Source: Balanoglossus misakiensis (lineage: Eukaryota > Animalia > Hemichordata). Taken from it: a DNA stretch of 64,000 nt. The notes below the pieces were generated by a model. It was not told the origin of the DNA, did no database searches, and saw only the letters and a program-made list of their open reading frames with translations. The stretch is taken from contig CM082576.2 of NCBI GenBank assembly GCA_040954595.2, forward strand, positions 9,055,129-9,119,128. The letters are read 5' to 3'. Below, piece by piece: positions 1 to 11,038 of the stretch (positions are counted from its first letter, which is position 1; each line of letters opens with the position of its first letter). The translations under genes were made by a program, and so were the position numbers.

Positions 1-650
1 AAATTCCAGGTCGCTTGAATTGCGATCTCCTGACACGATGCTCAGCAACGCCGGGCTGCTTTCGGCTCTTTTATCCACACCTGTGAACGGCGTGGCGACA
101 GCATGATATGCGAAGGAACTCGCGTGAGAGATTGAAGATGGTGGGCCCAGATTATATATGATTCGCGTCAATACTAACCCGGAAGTAATTACTCATGCCA
201 CTTACCTGCGTATTTCTCTCCAGTTTGGGTTCAGTATACGGGGAACTACACAGACACCGGTACAGTTGACGTCCCCCGCTTGCTTTAGAGATCCTCCCAA
301 AAGAGAATCGGGCGAATTCCTTGCCGAAATACCTTGCCAAGCACTTCTGAAACTGGGTCATTTTGTAAACAGTGTGGCTTACAAGTTACACTACGAATGT
401 TCGAACTTTGATAACCTCTCTTGCTCTTGCGCTCTCGCGATCGCAGTGATCTAACATAGTCGTTCGCACCGGTTCTTCTGTCTGTTCCACTCTCTGCAGT
501 CTATCATGCTCCGGCGTTAGGTGGTTGATGCACAGATTCTTCGGTGTTGCTGAAACGTTAACTCAGGGTGAGGATGACGCGGCTGATCTGACTCTGTTTA
601 GTTTGTTCACCCCTTCCCGATAGCTAAACCCTTTTTGCGCATGCGTAAAC
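1..650 (-). other. Possible 5' end (first exons and promoter) of an unidentified minus-strand gene running off the left edge
   Basis: Minus-strand donor CAG|gtaagt at ~201-206 and acceptor cacag| at ~81; NRF1-like TGCGCATGCG at ~636-645 and ETS-like CCGGAAG at ~179 and ~720. ORF 152-361 is Arg/Ser/Phe-rich, but the splice phase does not give an open continuation, so these may be UTR exons. Confidence 0.3.
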
Positions 651-935
651 GTTTTCGTTATAAATACAAGTACATATTGTATACATGATTGAAGGTGTAC
701 AAAGAATATTGTGAAGACACCGGAAAGCAGGCATTTATCGGCAACATTTCGCACTGTAAGCAGTCGGCCCACATTTAAAGTCAAACTTCTACTTGAAATT
801 ACTCAAAATTTCTACCTGGTGTAGGAAGTTTTCTTCGTTTTCTTTCTTGAACTTTTTTTCTAGCATCAACCGAGAGATCGAGACCAAGCTAGTAATATCT
901 AGAGTGTCAAGTACTCACAATAACACACATTTGTC

Positions 936-1088
936 CATTCCTTCGTTCGTTCGTTCGTTCGTTCGTTCATTCATTCATTCCTTCCTTCCTTCCTTCCTTC
1001 ATTCATTCATTCATTCATTCATTCATTCATTCATTCATTCATTCATTCATTCATTCATTCATTCATTCATTCATTCATTCATTCATTC
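936..1088. repeat. (TTCA)n / (TTCG)n / (TTCC)n compound microsatellite
   Basis: Tetranucleotide tandem array seen directly; explains the spurious IHSF-repeat ORF 793-1170. Confidence 0.97.
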
Positions 1089-1717
1089 GGTCATTCAGTC
1101 ATTGTGCAATGAAATATGCGTGGCTTATCACAGAGGCAGAAAGAGCAAGTTATGTTATTATTTTTATTAAATTTCATATGCCAATTTCTCAACCCATTTC
1201 CACCAATCGGAATACACCACTGATTATATGAGTTGTTATGAAATTTTAATATCAAAACAATACTAATGCATTGTGCAAAGCGAATGACAATGTACTTCGT
1301 AACCTCTATTAGATTAGGAAAGAAGTTTAGCTCTCCATAGATGACAATGTTTAGTTTGGTGCTTTATAGCTGTTATTTGGACAGTCCAAAGGTGACGTGC
1401 CAGTACATGTTTCAAAATCAGGGAACTCTGCTTAAACTTTGCCCACACATGCTCGAGTCGATGTCATTTTAAAAATGTCAAAATCTGATCTCCGCTTAGT
1501 AGTTTGCAGATTAATATTCGCTGACGGAAAAAATAGTTACAGAAAAAAAATAGACAATAGAGCTAATTTGTGTTTTATTCCAAGACACTTAGTCATAATT
1601 TTTAAGCTGCTAAAACGTAATGCTTCTTCCAGTCATACGGAACTGTGACGGTGGACATCGGGTTTATTTTATCATCGTATGTGGCCTGTTCCCTCGCAAC
1701 CCATGCGTTGGCCACGT

Positions 1718-4700
1718 CTATTCAGTGACTGTGTAAGCGCCCATGCCGGTCAATCCTGTCAGTTGCTTGGAACTGAACGTGGCAACCACCTGTCTTTTTC
1801 CCGGGCGTTTTGCTATCAACTTCACTCGGAGCATCGTGTTCTCCTCGGGCGCCACGTCCCTGAAACGTGAACATGGTTTTGTAACATTAACGTTTATCTA
1901 TGCAAGTATATTTTTGAGGAAAAAAAATAAAATGTGGAAGGGGTGATGTAAAATTAATATGAGTTGGTGAGTGACACACGGTAACTTTCATAGTCCCAGC
2001 AGTGTAAGCTGCGCGGAGTGGGTCTGGATATCGGGCTGCGATTAGCGTTTCTGGTTCGCCGCCCCTTTCTAACGCTGCTGGCGCTACGAAAGGCGCAGCC
2101 AGCTGTGGCAATGGGGCAGGGGACCAGACTACTGCTGGGGGCACCGAGTTACCCACTATCCCATCCCTCCAAAACCTTGCAATTGCCGACACACTCACTT
2201 GTATTTGACTGCCATGTGGCCCTCCATTCCAGGGGACTCCAGTCGGAAGACGCATCGCTCCAGTTTTTCCGGGAGAGGATTGGTGAAACGGAGAGTGATC
2301 TCAAAGCCATCGCCATGCTTCACTGTCTCGGGTACCTGTCAAGGGAATTCACTTTTCGATTTAGAATGCCCGCCGCAAAATGTTCTTCAATTGACATATA
2401 TAATGAAACGCCAACTGTGATAAGTAAAACGATGACTTTAACGCCTAATTATCATTCAGTGTCGGTTTTAAAATATTTTAACAAAACAAGATGCCTTACT
2501 TCTACGTCGATGTCTGGTTTGTTGAACACAAAATTCTGACGACCAGAGAATATCTGCGCTGTCTCGCCGACGCCGGCCATGACGAAGAAGGTGAGGGCGG
2601 CTGACTCCGTCAACTTTGCACGATAGTCGTCGGCGCTTATCTTTATCTTGTGCATTTTATCTACCCAAAGAAAAAGAGAGAGAGAGACAAACTGAGAGTT
2701 GGTTTAGAAGCGGGCCCCAGTTTCAGCACGATACATGCTATACCCTCGCCGATATTTTATGCCCACAAATTACAACATGAAGACGGCAAGCTAAAAGAAG
2801 TTAACTTTCTACAACGCACACGGATAACCACGTAACTTGCCTTCTCCGGCCGCAACTGTTACTTCGTCTTTCTGCTTCAAGATCTCGTGAACTTTCACCC
2901 CGGTGTAGCGGACCGAAAAGCAAGTCACGGTGACAAACATTTTGCGGGACTGCTCCTCGTTCTTGTTGGTAATTTTGAGGCGGAAGGTGATGTCACTGCC
3001 GACGAGGGTCTCTTCGATGGGTTTGATGAGAAACTTCACGTCCTTTTCGCCTTCCTTGTAAATTTGTTTTCCCTTCTTCACGTGTTTGGAAGCTTCGAAG
3101 ACGGCGGCTCTTTCCTCGACAGTTCCTGGGGAATAAAAACAAAAATAATTGTGATGGATAATGCGCACTTGGGTACGGAATTCTAAGTTCCAGGCGACAG
3201 CACCTATAATTTTATTGTATCGTTGACGACACATTGAAGTTCCGATGCTTTTCTTTTTTACAATTCTACGTTCATTTTGCCCTGAATGCGTGCGGGGAAA
3301 AACTCATCACATTGCCTCGGCGCCAATGTACGATAAAAGATTGTTCTTGAAGAGCTCTCATCGCCTATTTTTAATTTCATTACAGCTAATCGTCTCCACA
3401 TTAGAAATGTCCAAACCTTCTTTGAACTTGTAGATGTCGGTGATATCCTCTCGTTCGAACTTGCCAATTGCCTTTGTACTTATCGCCTGACCAATGCGTC
3501 GGTTGTCCACATCTGATACGTACATCTGTAGAAGCGGGAAAATTGTAGATGAGAAGTGAGAGACACGTAATAACGGACAATTTGCGAACTTCCCACCGTA
3601 TTCCTTAACTTATTATATAAGGGCTGCAGATATATGGTTAAAAGTATATTATCAACCTATACTATGTCCATATGTGTGGATGATTGTCAACATGCTGATG
3701 ACGAAATGGTGATTTGGTCGAAATTAGCCGGACAGGTGACCGACCTTGCCGGAATCGTCCACCACCCAGTCCACCTCTTCTCCGTTGACCTCTGCAAACA
3801 TGAAGAGGGTGTCGTAGCTGTAGTAGACGTGGCCAAGTTTGACGGCTGTCAACGACGCTGGGCCGCATCTGTGCAGACCTACGGGTGCAGAAGCAAACAG
3901 TTATCGAACGGGTGAGGTGAAGACGTTTAAAAAAGGCGCGTTTCAAACCATTCGTTCGTGAAATTCCCAATTTTACTCCTGAACCAACAGCCTCCTATCC
4001 TGTCAGTCAAAATCACCCTTCGGTGTTCTTATTCGTTCTCATAAGTTAGATGTACATCGACTATGTATAAGTAAATATTTTCCTAAAATCGACAAGGACA
4101 AAAATATTCTCTGACGAATGAATATACCTCCGCTGAGTTCCTGGGGGCACGTGTCGAGTGCTTGCCATCCTCCATATCCATCAGGCATGTCTGGCCGGGT
4201 CATCCATATGTCATTCCAAACGTGGAAATTCCTAAAAGAATGTGTATTCACATTCAAGATGAATTTTTTTTCTTTCAAAATGTCATTATTTAAAGTTCGC
4301 TTGTTGAATGTAATTATTTTCAACGCGATAACACGTGCAACGTAATTCACTCTGATTGGTTTGAAACCACCAATCATAACACCAGAAGTCTCTCGCTCAC
4401 CAGACAAAGTCCTTCTGCATTTCGCTGATTCGATAACCGTCGTGGTCGAAGTAGTTGTCGATGGTCAGGCTCATATCCTTGTCCCGTCCTGCGTCGAACG
4501 TTGTGACGGTGCGGGCCGGGATACCGAGGGCTCTAAATACTGAAAGTAAAGAAAGAGGAAATGCGGGAGTGATTGGTTTGTCTTCCATATGGCGTCGTCC
4601 AATTTCTGCGCGTAAAAATCGAACCTGTCTCCGAAATAAAAGCAGTTTTATTGTCAATCAAATACCGCAAATTATAACCAACTTTGGCCAGATGGACGCA

Positions 4701-7700
4701 TGCAGTTTAAAGGCAATCAGCAATTGGCGAATCGGTCCCAATTTGGATCATCCATACCCGAAGTACCGAGTCCGGCAAACACCCAACACTGTCCGTATTT
4801 GACAGGTTTTTTCGTCGACATATACTGCTCAAATATGGCCTCACTTCCGGACCACTCGGTGGGCGAAACTCCGTCCTCGTAGTCGCCTGTCCAGTTGCCG
4901 ACCAACACACCATCGTTGTCCTTACTGTTCATCTGGTGTGGAGACACAAACATTCGGCTTTTTAAAATCGACTATCTCGCGTTAGACACGCGGCAAAACT
5001 AACTTTAAACGTCCATGCAACCGATGCAAAAAGTAGCAGCCCTTACACTCACCATTGATGAGATTGTTCGGGCAATCTGTATAGGGTTGCCAAGGTGATA
5101 CCGTGATAATCCGGAGAGCTTCAGCAGGTAAAAGGCACAATCCAAGACAACCGGTTCGAACTAGATTGAAGTAATTAGAAAGAAGCGAAATATAAATCCG
5201 ACAGTAAACTAGGACCGCTGGTTTTAATTTATACATTTGAAAATATTTATTGATTCGGTAAAAATAACTTTTGATTTGTTATCAGTCGTGATGGCGGTAC
5301 TGAAACAGCAGTTTGGGACATTTTGCAGGATGATTGTAGATATTCTAACGTGTCGGTGGCGGCAGACTGGTGGACATGATCACAGCACATACACTGAACA
5401 CTCCAGGGTATGTATTTATTACGCTTACATGGGCTTGATTCCAATAACTTTTACCGACGTGGTCCGCGTTGCCCCAGTAGTATTGGTTGAAATCCTCCAG
5501 CACGTATTCCTGGCGCTTTTCAGCGTCAGCCATGTACACGGCATCCGCTGGGAGTGTAATTCAAAGGGAAATTATGTTATATAATTTAGAATGCTAATAA
5601 TTCAAAAACCCGACTGTGAAATATGTGTCGTTTGTATAATAATTATTGAACGGGGGATGGATACAGAAAATCCAGCATATTGCACGACGCCCTCTGGCGG
5701 TCCGAATTGCTCTATCGCTCACCTTCACACCACGGATTGAACAGCATGATGATGTCATCCTTCAGTTCAAACTTGTCATATTTCGCATTTTCCGTGGTGG
5801 CCTTGGCAACCAGCTTGTACTCCCCGATGAGGCAGTCGGCCGGAGTGTAAATCGTGACGTCGACGGTGTTGCCGTCGATCTTGGTGATTTCAAATCCCCA
5901 ATCGTTCACCACGGGTGACGTCACCCTGGGTATCTCCACCAAACTTCCATCGGAGATGACGGGCCTGTGGCCTGCAGGATGATATACATGCAAATTGTCC
6001 ATTTGTATGAGCGACTGATCTCAAATGAAATATGGTCAATAGGATTGCAAAATGCAATATGGAATTTGCTGTAGGACATAGTGGAAATCACAAAAACCCA
6101 CCGACTTTTTTTGTTACGTTTTGCCATAAATTTCCCCTTGGACAACCTAAGCGTAGGCCTTACAGACTTCGCACTGTCATTTTATGTCAAAGGTCGTGTG
6201 TCTTTTTTCTCATTCTAAATCATTTAGCCGCACATCTATGCTGCCGCTGATTGTCCGTTTATCAGACTGCGAAGGGGGTCTACTAACGCTCAGACTGGAT
6301 TATGCAACTACAGTGTGTGAATTGTAAAACTGGACAAAAAAGCGAGCAACTGAGTACAGGGCATGTGCTTTTTTTTTAGGTTTCAAAGACATTATATAGT
6401 GCATGCTCTTTACCTAGCCTTAGCTCCAGAGAGAGATCGTGATCATCACTCTTGAAGTCTTTGTCGAAGGAAATGACGATTTCGAATTCTTGGCACCGTC
6501 TCACTACCAGCTTCTTCACCTCGTAGTCGGACGTGTTGTGCTTTCGTCCATTCTTGGCCTTCTGCACATTGATGTCGGTCACCCGCAATTTACCTGGCAG
6601 ATTGTAAAAGAAAGCGACACAGAAAGTCAGAGCGAAATTGTAAAAGTTATTTTCGTTTTCTTATGTATGGGTGAATAGAAACGAAAGTCAGCGGGCCGTG
6701 AAAGGTCAGCGCTGTTTAACCCACACACCCCACCCCCACAGAGTGTATTACTATATTACATGTATTGAGTCAGGAAATTCGTCGTTAATTCGATTCGGCA
6801 ATGTCAGCGTTGACTTATTATTTCTGAGAGAGGCCTGTAATATTTGAGGCAGATTTAATTGAGAATGGAAACGTTTCAACTGAAAAAATTAGTCTGCACT
6901 GACGCTGTGTGATGGATTATTGCCACAAGGGATAGACTCCGTCACTTTTCAATATTAGACGCGAGCCTTAAAACCTATGTTGGAACATTTTATGAACTTC
7001 ACGGATGAATGAACTGTATGAATGGGTAATAGTGTATAAAACTACCCTTACAGAAGCCCCTGGTCAACAGCCGGTCACAGTTCTAGTTTGCGGACATACC
7101 AGACGGTGACCTGTGGGGACTTTTGGCGGAATACTAAAATGCCTCGCATAAATGACAAAAGTCAGAAATTAGACTGATATATTACCAAATGCACGCAGAT
7201 ACCACGCAACAAATGGCACAGCTCCGCAGAAATGGAATGTCTGTTTTTAATTAAAAGATATGATTGATATTGAATAATCTTAAATGTTCTAAAGTCTGGA
7301 CTTTTTGTCCTAGGATTTGAGGATGGCAGTGTTAGGGAATTTTCTGTAACAGACATCATGGAAATTTCACTTCAGCGATAGTGTTGAACGTATAGCCTGG
7401 CTGACCTTCAACGCAAAGACGGTGTACCAGACATAGGCCTATATAAATATGCCAGCCGCCAGGGTCGTCGCCCTACCATGCAGTGCATGGTATTATACGG
7501 CTGCAAGTTTCCAACTTTGGGGTTGGCGTAAGGACACAACTGTATATTTGGATCATCATTACATTCAACTGGACAGTTCATGCACCGCAACGGTTTCTTA
7601 GTTTCACATTTCTTTCGAGCTAGTGTGTCTAGGATCAATGAGTCGACCAAGGGCACGTTCCTCATGTTTCTGGTGGTAGCCTTTTATAGACAAACGCGTA

Positions 7701-9240
7701 TATTGATGGACCGTCGACAACACTGACAAAATTAATGATATACACTGTCATCTTAGTCGATCACGTACAGTCTGATTCAATAGCCTGCTCGGTATAATTG
7801 TAAAGAGCCGAAATTTTATTTAGCAGAGCGTCTAAAGTAAGGTTTAATATGTGGATCACCCTCGCTCGAGGTCACTGCGGGGTTAAGCCATCGTTGCATC
7901 TGTGGTCCAATGACATCTGTCAGTAAATATTTAGCATGTAAATATTGAGTAACACCTGTCATGTCTGCATGCAGTCTATCTGTCAGGCAAAACGCGAACA
8001 TCTATTCGGCTGCTGTCTGAACTGGAGGAAATTTTCTGACTCTTGGATTTTTTCAGGTATGTCGAGGTTCTGTAATGCTCTCGGTAGGCTATAGCGTCTT
8101 TCAAACGCTGGAATACAAAAACCGAGGCCATAAAAACTTTAAGGTTTGTACGTTCCCGCAGATGTAGCCCTTATAGGCCTGGTGCAAGACCTGCGATAAA
8201 CTTCTACGCATCATGCAGACAACGCCCCACGTCGAAACCGCAATCTCAGCTCAGACAACACAGTCAAGAAGAGGTAGGTTAGGCTGCATTCACAAACACC
8301 TCTGGAGGGGGGGGGCGGGAGAATTCAATTTTTTTTTACCGCTAATTTTCACATGCCCCCCTTCCGAACTGCCAATATTTTCAAATCCCCCCCTTCCGAA
8401 CTGCCAAAATTTTGAAATCCCCCCCCCCCCATTTTCTTTCACAGAGCAAAACACATCACCTATCTATCTTGTAAAAAGAAAAACAGCGCTCCCATGAAAA
8501 GAATTTGAAACTGATGTTTCCCTCATCAGTGGGTATTAAAACTGAACATTGTTTTTATTTTTTAAGTACATATATTTGTATTCTGTGTTGGGAGACATTG
8601 TAAACCGAGAATTGAAGGGGGTGGGTTTGGGAGGGGGTGTCCCCCTCCCACGTAAGAAAATTTTCTAAAATACAGAGCTCAAAGCTGCATTTTAATGAAC
8701 CCGGCAAAAGCAAATTAACTCAACTACCGGTATGTTGGGGAGGACAAATTTAACCCTCGCCGCTCAAAGTTATCATGGGGTGGGGCAAGTCCCCTGACCT
8801 GGGACACTAGATAAACCAGTCAATGATTGAAAGGTGTTGATGAATGGAGGGGGTGGGTGTGGGAGGGGGTGTCCCCCTCCCACATTAGAAAATTTTGTAA
8901 AATAAAGGGCGCGAAACTGCATTTTTGTGGACTCAAAATAAATATTTAGTCGTTAAAGTTTTCAAGTCCCCCCCTTTCAGTCCCTAAATTATTTCAAATC
9001 CCCCCCCCCTTACATACCCTCAATTTTTTCAAATCCCCCCCCCTCAATTCTCCTGCCCCCCCCTCCAGAGGTGTTTGTGAATGCAGCCTTAGTGGTCAGC
9101 GTGATGTCACCGACTGAACTCCACACAATGGTCCCAATATATATGATCTTTGGGTCTTGAAAATATTTTTTTGGTCAATGCGATACAGCCACACACATAA
9201 AGTACATGTCCAGGAACAAAATCTTACCTTGGTCGGCCAT
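1718..9240 (-). CDS. Protein-glutamine gamma-glutamyltransferase (transglutaminase, TGM1/FXIII-A/hemocyte TGase family), 14 coding exons, ~684 aa
   Basis: Phase-consistent exons 9228-9240 (MADQ), 6414-6593, 5723-5971 (LFNPWC), 5429-5547, 5053-5160, 4758-4932 (YGQCWVFAG, catalytic Cys), 4401-4539, 4128-4231 (WNFHVW His; WQALD Asp), 3745-3878 (CGPAS, FAEVN), 3417-3525, 2841-3125, 2500-2660, 2199-2335 (FTNPL), 1718-1859 (stop TAG). Total 2055 nt with no internal stops. Confidence 0.96.
1995..2139. mobile_element. Possible tiny non-autonomous DNA-transposon relic in the last transglutaminase intron
   Basis: GC-rich 145 bp island bounded by inverted CCCAGCAGT / ACTGCTGGG, with internal inverted motifs (GCTGCGC/GCGCAGC, AGCGTT/AACGCT); no clear TSD. 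Confidence 0.35.
8282..9088. mobile_element. PIF/Harbinger-type non-autonomous element (MITE), ~807 bp
   Basis: ~45 bp near-perfect TIRs (GGCTGCATTCACAAACACCTCTGGAGGGGGGG... / ...CCCCCCCTCCAGAGGTGTTTGTGAATGCAGCC) flanked by a TTA/TTA 3-bp TSD (8279-8281, 9089-9091); no transposase ORF; internal ~75 bp direct repeat. Confidence 0.88.
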
Positions 9241-11038
9241 GGATCCCAATGAACTACCACCAACAGAGCGAGACGCGTCCTTTCAAGACAGATTAGATGT
9301 GCGAGCGTCGCTTGACACAGCACGTAGCCTTGCCTGCGCTTGTCACCTGATGACACACGCTGTATACACCGTACTCGGAATTCGGAGCGGATACGGTACC
9401 CAGAACTAAACAACACCAAACCCACACAACAAGTTGCACGGAGTTGGGTCACGATACGTTTGACTTCCGCCTCTACAAGCAGAAGTCTATGAGGTCACTG
9501 CAGCGGCCTCGTATGATGGAGATAGCAGAAGGGCAGCCCAGTCTGTCTGCCTGCTGCTGTGGGATTGTTCTATGGTACAGAAATAACACAGTCCTGGCCT
9601 TGCGATTATGCGTGATTTAAAACCGGTCCCTTGATTCACATTTCTGCGATACACGACCCAAGCTGTTCGCGGGATTTAAACGCTATTTTTGTGCTTCCAC
9701 TGGCCATAGTAAATAGGTCAATTAAGTGTCATCGACCTACACTATACATATATCGAAGCGGACGTCCCGCGAACCGTTTGAGTTGTTGAAGACGTATACA
9801 TATATAGTACATGTATAGAAATTATTAATTAATTAATAGAGCTGTCTCGATAGAAACTCGGATTGCAATTTCACACACACACCTATGCGACAAAGGCATC
9901 AGTATGTGAAAATAAAACAAAAGAAAATTGCAATGCAAGTGCAATCAATATAATATCTTTGTACAATGAGATAAGAATATACTGGTAGTATTTTCAACTT
10001 AAAATAATTATTGACATACATGCTCCATTCTGAAGACTCTTTACAATATAAAGTTATAATTGAGTATCATTTTTATTTAGAAATAGGATCAAAATTATGG
10101 CTGGGGTAACAAAAAAAAGACAAAACTATTGTCAAGACAATGTTTTATTAATAAGTACATCAAAATATAAAAAGAGACTCAAACAAAAGTATATTTTCCG
10201 TATATACAAATTACTTCTTCTTTTCACATATATTAAAATTCACTTTCACATTTCTAGAAATTTTTTTGCCCTGAAGAACAACTTTATAGTCGCCTCCTCT
10301 TACTCGTCCGTTTACTCTTAGTAAATATTGTTGTGTATATCTCAATGGAATGGCATAGGAGTATTCAAATCTGATGTTCCGATTGGCTCGTTCTCATTGC
10401 ATCTTTGTCCACGGCAGAGTGACCGTGGTTTAATTGGTCAAGATGTACTATACGGGCTAATATGCGATAAACGAGGATAAAAGTATTTTTCTACCGTGTG
10501 TCATCTCCGATTTATTTTTTACTCTGGAATACTGTATATGAGTAGTGACAATTAAATCCAAGTTCGGACTTGAATTCGACGTTATGCAACTTTAATGCTG
10601 ATTATATTCAACAGAAATGCAGAAAAAACAACAACTTATCCGACATAGCTGGATTACATTTTATGACATGCGGAAAGCGTTAACTGAAGTTTAATAGAGT
10701 AAAAGTGAGGATCTGGTTACTGTAATATCTCGATTATTTGGCTTGATACTGGTTATTGACTCTGTTACGTCTCAATAACGTATCCCGTCTTTAAAGAGTT
10801 GTCGTGCCCGGAGTTCTGGTCAGTACTGATCCTAAAATAAAAGAGAAAAATAGTAACGCGTTACAACGACAGCAATGTTTTCTCGCGACAAAGTTCTGGG
10901 CAACACCCTCGGGTGTGTATAGGTGAAACATTTCAGCATAATTGATAAACTGTGTACGCAAAACAATAAGTTCAATCCAATGAAAGCTTATGCCGCATGT
11001 ATAGCCGATGTTGAATTTATGTCGGGTATTACCTTGTT

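Noticed and set aside
793-1170. 125-aa ORF with IHSF repeats
   Set aside because: Translation of a (TTCA)n microsatellite.
2018-2539. 173-aa plus-strand ORF
   Set aside because: Antisense to transglutaminase exons and a GC-rich intronic insert; no recognisable domain.
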